Source: Nemertoderma westbladi (lineage: Eukaryota; Animalia; Xenacoelomorpha). From it: 50,886 nucleotides of DNA. Positions 28,101 to 39,630 of the stretch are shown piece by piece. Each line of letters opens with the position of its first letter. The stretch's first letter is position 1. The stretch covers positions 1 through 50,886 of the forward strand of contig JAUCBJ010009160.1 in the NCBI GenBank assembly GCA_032718475.1, given 5' to 3'. The position numbers were made by a program, and so were the translations under genes. The notes below the pieces were generated by a model, which saw only the letters and a list, made by a program, of their open reading frames with translations, was not told where the DNA came from and searched no databases.

Positions 28101-31100
28101 CCAAGGTCGTGTCTGTCCTTACCCAAGGTCGTGCCTGTCCTTACCCAAGGTCGTGTCTGTCCTTACCCAAGGTCGTGTCTGTCCTTACCCAAGGTCGTGT
28201 CTGTCCTTACCCAAGGTCGTGCCTGTCCTCACCCAAGGTCGTGTCTGTCCTTACCCAAGGTCGTGTCTGTCCTTACCCAAGGTCGTGTCTGTCCTTACCC
28301 AACGTCGTGTCTGTCCTTACCCAAGGTCGTGTCTGTCCTTACCCAAGGTCGTGTCTGTCCTTACCCAAGGTCGTGTCTATCCTTACCCAAGGTCGTGTCT
28401 ATCCTTACCCAAGGTCGTGTCTATCCTTACCCAAGATCGTGTCTGTCCTTACCCAAGATCGTGTCTGTCCTTACCCAAGGTCGTGTCTGTCCTTACCCAA
28501 GGTCGTGTCTGTCCTTACCCAAGGTCGTGTCTGTCCTTACCCAAGGTCGTGTCTGTCCTCACCCAAGGTCGTGTCTATCCTTACCCAAAGTCGTGTCTAT
28601 CCTTACCCAAGGTCGTGTCTGTCCTTACCCAAGGTCGTGTCTGTCCTTACCCAAGGTCGTGTCTGTCCTTACCCAAAGTCGTGTCTGTCCTTACCCAAGG
28701 TCGTGTCTGTCCTTACCCAAGGTCGTGTCTGTCCTTACCCAAGGTCGTGTCTGTCCTTACCCAAGGTCGTGTCTGTCCTTACCCAAGGTCGTGTCTGTCC
28801 TTACCCAAGGTCGTGTCTGTCCTTACCCAAGGTCGTGTCTGTCCTTACCCAAGATCGTGTCTGTCCTTACCCAAGGTCGTGTCTGTCCTTACCCAATGTC
28901 GTGTCTGTCCTCACCTAAGGTCGTGTCTGTCCTTACCCAAGGTCGTGTATGTCCTTACCCAAGGTCGTGTCTGTCCTCACCCAAGGTCGTGTCTGTCCTT
29001 ACACAAGGTCGTATCTGTCCTTACCCAAGGTCGTGTCTGTCCTTACCCAAGGTCGTGTCTGTCCTTACCCAAGGTCGTGTCTGTCCTTACCCAAGGACGT
29101 GTCTGTCCTTACCCAAGATCGTGTCTGTCCTTACCCAAGGTCGTGTCTGTCCTTACCCAAGGTCGTGTCTGTCCTTACCCAAGGTCGTGTCTGTCCTTAC
29201 CCAAGGTCGTGACTGTCCTTACCCAAGGTCGTGTCTGTCCTTACCCAAGGTCGTGTCTGTCCTTACCCAAGGTCGTGTCTGTCATTACCCAAGGTCGTGT
29301 CTGTCCTTACCCAAGGTCGTGTCTGTCCTTACCCAAGGTCGTGTCTGTCCTTACCCAAGGTCGTGTCTATCCTTACCCAAGGTCGTGTCTATCCTTACCC
29401 AAGGTCGTGTCTATCCTTACCCAAGATCGTGTCTGTCCTTACCCAAGATCGTGTCTGTCCTTACCCAAGGTCGTGTCTGTCCTTACCCAAGGTCGTGTCT
29501 GTCCTTACCCAAGGTCGTGACTGTCCTTACCCAAGGTCGTGTTTGTCCTTACCCAAGGTCGTGTCTGTCATTACCCAAGGTCGTGTCTGTCCTTACCCAA
29601 GGTCGTGTCTGTCCTTACCCAAGGTCGTGTCTGTCCTTACCCAAGGTCGTGACTGTCCTTACCCAAGGTCGTGTCTGTCATTACCCAAGGTCGTGTCTGT
29701 CCTTACCCAAGGTCGTGTCTGTCATTACCCAAGGTCGTGTCTGTCCTTACCCAAGGTCGTGTCTGTCCTTACCCAAGGTCGTGACTGTCCTTACCCAAGG
29801 TCGTGTCTGTCCTTACCCAAGGTCGTGTCTGTAATTACCCAAGGTCGTGACTGTCCTTACCCAAGGTCGTGTCTGTCCTTACCCAAGGTCGTGTCTGTCA
29901 TTACCCAAGGTCGTGTCTGTCCTTACCCAAGGTCGTGTCTGTCCTTACCCAAGGTCGTGTCTATCCTTACCCAAGGTCGTGTCTATCCTTACCCAAGGTC
30001 GTGTCTATCCTTACCCAAGGTCTTGTCTGTCCTTACCCAAGGTCGTGTCTATCCTTACCCAAGGTCGTGTCTATCCTTACCCAAGATCGTGTCTGTCCTT
30101 ACCCAAGGTCGTGTCTGTCCTTACCCAAGATCGTGTCTGTCCTTACCCAAGGTCGTGTCTGTCCTTACCCAAGGTCGTGTCTGTCCTTACCCAAGGTCGT
30201 GTCTGTCCTTACCCAAGGTCGTGTCTGTCCTTACCCAAGGTCGTGTCTGTCCTCACCTAAGGTCGTGTCTGTCCTTACCCAAGGTCGTGTCTATCCTTAC
30301 CCAAGGTCGTGTCTGTCCTTACCCAAGGTCGTGTCTGTCCTTACCCAAGGTCGTGTCTGTCCTTACCCAAGGTCGTGTCTGTCCTTACCCAAGGTCGTGT
30401 CTGTCCTTACCCAAGGTCGTGTCTGTCCTTACCCAAGGTCGTGTCTGTCCTTACCCAAGGTCGTGTCTGTCCTTACCCAAGGTCGTGTCTGTCCTTACCC
30501 AAGGTCGTGTCTGTCCTTACCCAAGGTCGTGTCTGTCCTTACCCAAGGTCGTGTCTGTCCTTACCCAAGGTCGTGTCTGTCCTTACCCAAGGTCGTGTCT
30601 GTCCTTACAAAAGGTCGTGTCTGTCCTTACACAAGGTCGTGTCTGTCCTTACCCAAGGTCGTGTCTGTCCTTACCCAAGGTCGTGTCTGTCCTTACCCAA
30701 GGTCGTGTCTATCCTTACCCAAGGTCGTGTCTGTCCTTACCCAAGTTCGTGTCTATCCTTACCCAAGGTCGTGTATGTCCTTACCCAAGGTCGTGTCTGT
30801 CCTTACCCAAGGTCGTGTCTATCCTTACCCAAGGTCGTGTCTATCCATACCCAAGGTCGTGTCTATCCTTACCCAAGGTCGTGTCTGTCCTTACCCAAGG
30901 TCGTGTCTGTCCTTACCCAATGTCGTGTATGTCCTTACCCAAGGTCGTGTCTGTCCTTACCCAAGGTCGTGTCTATCCTTACCCAAGGTCGTGTCTATCC
31001 TTACCCAAGGTCGTGTCTATCCTTACCCAAGGTCGTGTCTGTCCTTACCGAAGGTCGTGTCTGTCCTTACCCAAGGTCGTGTCTGTCCTTACCCAAGGTC

Positions 31101-34100
31101 GTGTCTGTCCTTACCCAAGGTCGTGTCTGTCCTTACCCAAGGTCGTGTCTGTCCTTACCCAAGGTCGTGTCTATCCACACCTAAGGTTGTGTCTGTCCTT
31201 ACCCAAGGTCGTGTATGTCCTTACCCAAGGTCGTGTATGTCCTCACCCAAGGTCGTGTCTGTCCTTACACAAGGTCGTGTCTGTCCTTACCCAAGGTCGT
31301 GTCTGTCCTTACCCAAGGTCGTGTCTGTCCTTACCCAAGGTCGTGTCTGTCCTTACCCAAGGTCGTGTCTGTCCTTACCCAAGGTCGTGTCTGTCCTTAC
31401 CCAAGGTCGTGTCTGTCCTTACCCAAGGTCGTGTCTGTCCTTACCCAAGGTCGTGTCTGTCCTTACCCAAGGTCGTGTCTGTCCTTACCCAAGGTCGTGT
31501 CTGTCCTTACCCAAGGTCGTGTCTGTCCTTACCCAAGGTCGTGTCTGTCCTTACCCAAGGTCGTGTCTGTCCTTACCCAAGGTCGTGTCTATCCTTACCC
31601 AAGGTCGTGTCTGTCCTTACCCAAGGTCGTGTCTGTCCTTACCCAAGGTCGTGTCTGTCCTTACCCAAGGTCGTGTCTGTCCTTATCCAAGGTCGTGTCT
31701 GTCCTTACCCAAGGTCGTGTCTGTCCTTACCCAAGGTCGTGTCTGTCCTTACCCAAGGTCGTGTCTGTCCTTACCCAAGGTCGTGTCTGTCCTTACCCAA
31801 GGTCGTGTCTGTCCTTACCCAAGGTCGTGTCTGTCCTTACCCAAGGTCGTGTCTGTCCTTACCCAAGGTCGTGTCTGTCCTTACCCAAGGTCGTGTCTGT
31901 CCTTACCCAAGGTCGTGTCTGTCCTTACCCAAGGTCGTGTCTGTCATTACCCAAGGTCGTGTCTGTCCTTACCCAAGGTCGTGTCTGTACTTACCCAAGG
32001 TCGTGTCTGTCCTTACCCAAGGTCGTGTCTGTCCTTACCCAAGGTCGTGTCTGTCCTTACCCAAGGTCGTGTCTGTCCTTACCCAAGGTCGTGTCTGTCC
32101 TTACCCAAGGTCGTGTCTGTCCTTACCCAAGGTCGTGTCTGTCCTTACCCAAGGTCGTGTCTGTCCTTACCCAAGGTCGTGTCTGTCCTTACCCAAGGTC
32201 GTGTCTGTCCTTACCCAAGGTCGTGTCTGTCCTTACCCAAGGTCGTGTCTGTCCTTACCCAAGGTCGTGTCTGTCCTTACCCAAGGTCGTGTCTGTCCTT
32301 ACCCAAGGTCGTGTCTGTCCTTACCCAAGGTCGTGTCTGTCCTTACCCAAGGTCGTGTCTGTCCTTACCCAAGGTCGTGTCTGTCCTTACACAAGGTCGT
32401 GTCTGTCCTTACCCAAGGTCGTGTCTATCCTTACCCAAGGTCGTGTCTGTCCTTACCCAAGGTCGTGTCTGTCCTTACCCAATGTCGTGTCTGTCCTTAC
32501 CCAAGGTCGTGTCTGTCCTTACCCAAGGTCGTGTCTGTCCTTACCCAAGGTCGTGTCTGTCCTTACCCAAGGTCGTGTCTGTCCTTACCCAAGGTCGTGT
32601 CTATCCTTACCCAAGGTCGTGTCTGTCCTTACCCAAGGTCGTGTCTGTCCTTACCCAAGGTCGTGTCTGTCCTTACCCAAGGTCGTGTCTGTCCTTACCC
32701 AAGGTCGTGTCTGTCCTTACCCAAGGTCGTGTCTGTCCTTACCCAAGGTCGTGTCTGTCCTTACCTAAGGTCGTGTCTGTCCTTACCCAAGGTCGTGTCT
32801 GTCCTTACCCAAGGTCGTGTCTGTCCTTACCCAAGGTCGTGTCTGTCCTTACCCAAGGTCGTGTCTGTCCTTACCCAAGGTCGTGTCTGTCCTTACCCAA
32901 GGTCGTGTCTGTCCTTACCCAAGGTCGTGTCTGTCCTTACCCAAGGTCGTGACTGTCCTTACCCAAGGTCGTGACTGTCCTTACCCAAGGTCGTGACTGT
33001 CCTTACCCAAGGTCGTGTCTGTCCTTACCCAAGGTCGTGTCTGTCCTTACCCAAGGTCGTGTCTGTCCTTACCCAAGGTCGTGTCTGTCCTTACCCAAGG
33101 TCGTGTCTGTCCTTACCCAAGGTCGTGTCTGTCCTTACCCAAGGTCGTGACTGTCCTTACCCAAGGTCGTGACTGTCCTTACCCAAGGTCGTGTATGTCC
33201 TTACCCAAGGTCGTGTCTGTCCTTACCCAAGGTCGTGTCTGTCCTTACCCAAGGTCGTGTCTGTCCTTACCCAAGGTCGTGTCTATCCTTACCCAAGGTC
33301 GTGTCTATCCTTACCCAAGGTCGTGTCTATCCTTACCCAAGGTCGTGTCTGTCCTTACCCAAGGTCGTGTCTGTCCTTACCCAAGGTCGTGTCTGTCCTT
33401 ACCCAAGGTCGTGTCTGTCCTTACCCAAGGTCGTGTCTGTCCTTACCCAAGGTCGTGTCTGTCCTTACCCAAGGTCGTGTCTATCCTTACCCAAGGTCGT
33501 GTCTGTCCTTACCCAAGGTCGTGTCTGTCCTTACCCAAGGTCGTGTCTGTCCTTACCCAAGGTCGTGTCTGTCCTTACCCAAGGTCGTGTCTGTCCTTAC
33601 CCAAGGTCGTGTCTGTCCTTACCCAAGGTCGTGTCTGTCCTTACCTAAGGTCGTGTCTGTCCTTACCCAAGGTCGTGTCTGTCCTTACCCAAGGTCGTGT
33701 CTGTCCTTACCCAAGGTCGTGTCTGTCCTTACCCAAGGTCGTGTCTGTCCTTACCCAAGGTCGTGTCTGTCCTTACCCAAGGTCGTGTCTGTCCTTACCC
33801 AAGGTCGTGTCTGTCCTTACCCAAGGTCGTGTCTGTCCTTACCCAAGGTCGTGTCTGTCCTTACCCAAGGTCGTGTCTGTCCTTACAAAAGGTCGTGTCT
33901 GTCCTTACACAAGGTCGTGTCTGTCCTTACCCAAGGTCGTGTCTGTCCTTACCCAAGGTCGTGTCTGTCCTTACCCAAGGTCGTGTCTATCCTTACCCAA
34001 GGTCGTGTCTATCCTTACCCAAGGTCGTGTCTATCCTTACCCAAGGTCGTGTCTGTCCTTACCCAAGGTCGTGTCTGTCCTTACCCAAGGTCGTGTCTGT

Positions 34101-37100
34101 CCTTACCCAAGGTCGTGTCTGTCCTTACCCAAGGTCGTGTCTGTCCTTACCCAAGGTCGTGTCTGTCCTTACCCAAGGTCGTGTCTGTCCTTACCCAAGG
34201 TCGTGTATGTCCTTACCCAAGGTCGTGTCTGTCCTTACCCAAGGTCGTGTCTGTCCTTACCCAAGGTCGTGTCTGTCCTTACCCAAGGTCGTGTCTATCC
34301 TTACCCAAGGTCGTGTCTATCCTTACCCAAGGTCGTGTCTATCCTTACCCAAGGTCGTGTCTGTCCTTACCCAAGGTCGTGTCTGTCCTTACCCAAGGTC
34401 GCGTCTGTCCTTACCCAAGGTCGTGTCTGTCCTTACCCAAGGTCGTGTCTGTCCTTACCCAAGGTCGTGTCTGTCCTTACCCAAGGTCGTGTCTGTCCTT
34501 ACCCAAGGTCGTGTCTGTCCTTAACCAAGGTCGTGTCTGTCCTTACCTAAGGTCGTGTCTGTCCTTACCCAAGGTCGTGTCTGTCCTTACCCAAGGTCGT
34601 GTCTGTCCTCACCCAAGGTCGTGTCTATCCTTACCCAAGGTCGTGTCTGTCCTTACCCAAGGTCGTTTCTGTCCTTACCCAAGGTCGTGTCTGTCCTTAC
34701 CCAAGGTCGTGTCTGTCCTTACCCAAGGTCGTGACTGTCCTTACCCAAGGTCGTGACTGTCCTTACCCAAGGTCGTGACTGTCCTTACCCAAGGTCGTGT
34801 CTGTCCTTACAAAAGGTCGTGTCTGTCCTTACACAAGGTCGTGTCTGTCCTTACCCAAGGTCGTGTCTGTCCTTACCCAAGGTCGTGTCTGTCCTTACCC
34901 AAGGTCGTGTCTATCCTTACCCAAGGTCGTGTCTATCCTTACCCAAGGTCGTGTCTATCCTTACCCAAGGTCGTGTCTGTCCTTACCCAAGGTCGTGTCT
35001 GTCCTTACCCAAGGTCGTGTCTGTCCTTACCCAAGGTCGTGTCTGTCCTTACCCAAGGTCGTGTCTGTCCTTACCCAAGGTCGTGTCTGTCCTTACCCAA
35101 GGTCGTGTCTGTCCTTACCCAAGGTCGTGTCTGTCCTTACCCAAGGTCGTGTATGTCCTTACCCAAGGTCGTGTCTGTCCTTACCCAAGGTCGTGTCTGT
35201 CCTTACCCAAGGTCGTGTCTGTCCTTACCCAAGGTCGTGTCTATCCTTACCCAAGGTCGTGTCTATCCTTACCCAAGGTCGTGTCTATCCTTACCCAAGG
35301 TCGTGTCTGTCCTTACCCAAGGTCGTGTCTGTCCTTACCCAAGGTCGCGTCTGTCCTTACCCAAGGTCGTGTCTGTCCTTACCCAAGGTCGTGTCTGTCC
35401 TTACCCAAGGTCGTGTCTGTCCTTACCCAAGGTCGTGTCTGTCCTTACCCAAGGTCGTGTCTGTCCTTAACCAAGGTCGTGTCTGTCCTTACCTAAGGTC
35501 GTGTCTGTCCTTACCCAAGGTCGTGTCTGTCCTTACCCAAGGTCGTGTCTATCCTTACCCAAGGTCGTGTCTATCCTTACCCAAGGTCGTGTCTGTCCTT
35601 ACCCAAGGTCGTGTCTGTCCTTACCCAAGGTCGTGTCTGTCCTTACCCAAGGTCGTGTCTGTCCTTACCCAAGGTCGTGTCTATCCTTACCCAAGGTCGT
35701 GTCTGTCCTTACCCAAGGTCGTGTCTGTCCTTACCCAAGGTCGTGTCTGTCCTTACCCAAGGTCGTGTCTGTCCTTACCCAAGGTCGTGTCTGTCCTTAC
35801 CCAAGGTCGTGTCTGTCCTTACCCAAGGTCGTGTCTGTCCTTACCTAAGGTCGTGTCTGTCCTTACCTAAGGTCGTGTCTGTCCTTACCCAAGGTCGTGT
35901 CTGTCCTTACCCAAGGTCGTGTCTGTCCTTACCCAAGGTCGTGTCTGTCCTTACCCAAGGTCGTGTCTGTCCTTACCCAAGGTCGTGTCTGTCCTTACCC
36001 AAGGTCGTGTCTGTCCTTACCCAAGGTCGTGTCTGTCCTTACCCAAGGTCGTGTCTGTCCTTACCCAAGGTCGTGTCTGTCCTTACAAAAGGTCGTGTCT
36101 GTCCTTACACAAGGTCGTGTCTGTCCTTACCCAAGGTCGTGTCTGTCCTTACCCAAGGTCGTGTCTGTCCTTACCCAAGGTCGTGTCTATCCTTACCCAA
36201 GGTCGTGTCTATCCTTACCCAAGGTCGTGTCTATCCTTACCCAAGGTCGTGTCTGTCCTTACCCAAGGTCGTGTCTGTCCTTACCCAAGGTCGTGTCTGT
36301 CCTTACCCAAGGTCGTGTCTGTCCTTACCCAAGGTCGTGTCTGTCCTTACCCAAGGTCGTGTCTGTCCTTACCCAAGGTCGTGTCTGTCCTTACCCAAGG
36401 TCGTGTCTGTCCTTACCCAAGGTCGTGTATGTCCTTACCCAAGGTCGTGTCTGTCCTTACCCAAGGTCGTGTCTGTCCTTACCCAAGGTCGTGTCTGTCC
36501 TTACCCAAGGTCGTGTCTATCCTTACCCAAGGTCGTGTCTATCCTTACCCAAGGTCGTGTCTATCCTTACCCAAGGTCGTGTCTGTCCTTACCCAAGGTC
36601 GTGTCTGTCCTTACCCAAGGTCGCGTCTGTCCTTACCCAAGGTCGTGTCTGTCCTTACCCAAGGTCGTGTCTGTCCTTACCCAAGGTCGTGTCTGTCCTT
36701 ACCCAAGGTCGTGTCTGTCCTTACCCAAGGTCGTGTCTGTCCTTAACCAAGGTCGTGTCTGTCCTTACCTAAGGTCGTGTCTGTCCTTACCCAAGGTCGT
36801 GTCTGTCCTTACCCAAGGTCGTGTCTGTCCTCACCCAAGGTCGTGTCTATCCTTACCCAAGGTCGTGTCTGTCCTTACCCAAGGTCGTTTCTGTCCTTAC
36901 CCAAGGTCGTGTCTGTCCTTACCCAAGGTCGTGTCTGTCCTTACCCAAGGTCGTGACTGTCCTTACCCAAGGTCGTGACTGTCCTTACCCAAGGTCGTGA
37001 CTGTCCTTACCCAAGGTCGTGTCTGTCCTTACCCAAGGTCGTGTCTGTCCTTACCCAAGGTCGTGTCTGTCCTTACCCAAGGTCGTGTCTGTCCTTACCC

Positions 37101-37415
37101 AAGGTCGTGTCTGTCCTTACCCAAGGTCGTGTCTGTCCTTACCCAAGGTCGTGACTGTCCTTACCCAAGGTCGTGACTGTCCTTACCCAAGGTCGTGACT
37201 GTCCTTACCCAAGGTCGTGTCTGTCCTTACCCAAGGTCGTGACTGTCCTTACCCAAGGTCGTGTCTGTCCTTACCCAAGGTCGTGTCTGTCCTTACCCAA
37301 GGTCGTGTCTGTCCTTACCCAAGGTCGTGACTGTCCTTACCCAAGGTCGTGACTGTCCTTACCCAAGGTCGTGACTGTCCTTACCCAAGGTCGTGTCTGT
37401 CCTTACCCAAGGTCG
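1119..37415 (+). repeat. Giant 22-bp tandem satellite, consensus CCTTACCCAAGGTCGTGTCTGT, roughly 1,640 sequenced monomers (true length unknown because of the gap)
   Basis: Uninterrupted head-to-tail 22-mers that differ almost only by single substitutions. Starts at ctgttcttacccaagg (~1119) and ends at ...ccttacccaaggtcg|gctctcc (37415). Confidence 0.99.
14747..14846. other. Assembly gap (100 N) inside the satellite
   Basis: Exactly 100 N, a typical placeholder size. Same monomer, orientation and variant patterns on both sides. Confidence 0.99.
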
Positions 37416-38674
37416 GCTCTCCGCTGCTGCCCTCCAACTTACATAATGACTGCTTCCTCTGAGTTTGATGCCCATCAGGGAGGCTGTCAGATATAGTAGG
37501 TGGGTCTCTGTCTGACTGGTCCTGGCTAAAAGCACATCTTCCATCTTCAATGGGTGGTCTAGGCCTACGTACAGCTGCAGACCACGCCCCAGCAGCATAT
37601 GCTGCTTCAGCCTGCCAATCGCACAATCTAGTTAGCCGTATCCTCGGCCAACCCCCTTACAGACCCTCACCTTATTACAGCCATAGAAAGTCTCGCCCGT
37701 GCAGCGGAGAACCATGAATGGTCATCACCAGATAGGCTTCCTTCTCCTCTGACGCAACGCACACTCTCATGCCATTGACACAGCGAACCATCACCATTTA
37801 ATATCCACAGCTCCAAATACTCGTTCCATTGTCTCTATGCAACTCCACCTCATTAACTCATGCCGGAGATTGGCTACGTGTCATCCCATCTGCTCCACTG
37901 GGCCTTCACATATTGGATAGGGAATATCAAACTTGAGGTCGATACTGGCTGGGAATACGTATGTCTTCTGACCCATCCTCCTGCGCGGTCTGTGGGTTAG
38001 CATCGGGGAATACGTATGTCTTCCGACCCATCCTCCTGCGCGGTCTGTGGGTTAGACTGCCTGCAATACTGGCTGGGAATACGTATGTCTTCCGACCCAT
38101 CCTCCTGCGCGGTCTGTGGGTTAGCATCGGACAATTTTGGGGACCATAACATCGGATGTAGTGGGGCCAGCCACCGCATCAGCCATCACGACTCTCTCAG
38201 GGATGCAATCTTCTCTGCAGCACAATCTGCTGCTCTAACGCCCCAGAATGGAAGTGCCAGGCATTGTTGCCGGATCGCGCAGCCGCCCAGCTGATGTATA
38301 TTTTCCTATCTGGTGCAGAGGGCAACCCATGGCCTTGGATGTTACAGGTATATCTAGTCTCCAGGCCCTCACCATTCAGGGATCAGCCCGCCACCCGGGC
38401 CAGCTCTCACTGTTGCCAAGGAACGCAAGACAGCCGCCCACGCATCAAACTGCCGTTCCTCTGGGGTGGGGTTCACCTCACTTATAGTCGAAGACCTGGG
38501 GGGCTGGGAGTCCGAATCGGCACTCTGCATCCGGGAAGTTGGGCGGCTTCTAGCTCTCCGTCGACAACCCAGCAGATATTCCAGCGCCTGTCAGTCTGTC
38601 TGTGGCGCGGTAACGCCGCAATGTGGCTCCGCCGCGTAACCACAGTCTCACCATTCATTGACGGAGTACAGTAA
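37388..38674 (+). mobile_element. 5'-truncated, frameshifted non-LTR retrotransposon with restriction-like endonuclease (CRE-like clade)
   Basis: Stitching + frames gives RSCLSLPKV/ALRCCPPTYIMTASSEFDA/IREAV/DIVGGSLSDWSWLKAHLPSSMGGLGLRTAADHAPAAY (post-RT region); HAGDWLRVIPSAPLGLHILDREY; CLQYWLG...CAVC...FGDHNIGC (CCHC knuckle); RISHHDSLRD; SRSRPADVYFPIWCRGQPMALDVT (PD..D nuclease); VEDLGGW; QRLSVCLWRGNAAMW; stop at 38674. This is the canonical domain order of RLE-type LINEs. Confidence 0.88.
37942..38130 (+). repeat. Three unequal tandem copies (about 50-75 bp) of the segment encoding YWLGIRMSSDPSSCAVCGL
   Basis: GGGAATACGTATGTCTTCYGACCCATCCTCCTGCGCGGTCTGTGGGTTAG occurs at ~37951, ~38006 and ~38075. 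Confidence 0.95.
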
Positions 38675-39546
38675 ATTTTCAGTTTACTATTGCCATTTGC
38701 CTATCTATCACGCCCCTCCTTGCTATCTGTTCTTGTTTGTATTAAATTCGTTTGCAGTAATATTTTCGTGGTTTATTTTTTTAGTTAGTAATAATTGGTT
38801 TAATATGCACATGATTTTACTTTCTTTTATTCTATGTATTTTACTTATTCAAATTTACTTGTGCTGTGTATTATATGAGGAAATTTAATTTTATTTATGT
38901 TAATATGAATATTATTTAGGGGAAAATTAGTGTACTTTCTAGTTGTTTAAATAAAATTAACATAATTACAGGCGATATCAATCTTAATATCAATAAAACT
39001 ACTCAATATGTTTAATCGGTTTTTCAGACATTTGATCGAACGTTTTTGTTCGTTCCAGAATATTAAATAGCAGTTATCAATTATTACAAAGTGGCAGCCC
39101 TCCAGTTACAAGTAATATAAACAACAAATGGTCGAGTATTATCGAGGGGAGGGCCATAATTACAAAATGTCTTACATTAAATATATTTGGTTATAATGAA
39201 ATATTGTAAATATAAATAGTTTCACCACCTAGAGTTAATGTTAATTGTTAAAAAAAAAGTAGAATTCGTATTAATAACACCAGTTTCATCAAGATTAATA
39301 AAATTATATACCAAAGTAACCATGGTAACCATAGGGGTGTAATGTAACTATGGCAACAAGTAGGAACTCTATTCCATTGTGATTTATTGAAACAGCAGCT
39401 CAAAATTCTGGAACAATCCTGACGTCATCACAAGTTATGAGTCCCGATGATTTATATGTAAATTCCCAATAAAGAATCGTGTTGTGACGTCATCAACTAC
39501 ATTGCATCCGATTTATTATCAACTATTATTATTGGGGGATTGTGGG

Positions 39547-39630
39547 TCACGTGATGTTGGCCGGGTAGTTTTCTGAAAGCGGATTGGTCAAGTCGTACTG
39601 GCCTTGGGATCGAACGGGACAAATTTTACC
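39547..39630 (-). CDS. CA10: Last coding exon of CA10/CA11-like carbonic anhydrase-related protein (GKICPVRSQGQYDLTNPLSENYPANIT*)
   Basis: Acceptor TTTTTCAG| (AG at 39632-39631), phase 0, stop TGA at 39549-39547. The peptide parallels the recalled CA10 tail GKDCPNNRAQKLQYRV. Minus-strand AATAAA lies downstream at ~39517 and ~39388. Not in the ORF track. Confidence 0.7.
   Translation of the reverse strand, partial: GKICPVRSQGQYDLTNPLSENYPANIT

Noticed and set aside
1105-36978. Giant ORFs (up to 3641 aa) of repeating VVSVLTQGRVCPYPRSCLSLPK
   Set aside because: A 22-bp monomer with no + strand stop gives the same 22-aa peptide in all three frames. The ORFs run through Ns and variants show no codon-position bias, so these are not genes.
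1119-37415. Telomere or CRISPR interpretation of the 22-mer (minus strand contains TTGGGTAAGG)
   Set aside because: There are no spacers or cas genes. The array is flanked by non-telomeric sequence on both sides, and the monomer is explained by the adjacent retroelement ORF.
39546-39587. E-box GTCACGTGA and CCAAT box as part of a promoter
   Set aside because: Both overlap the predicted last coding exon and its stop codon, so they are probably incidental.
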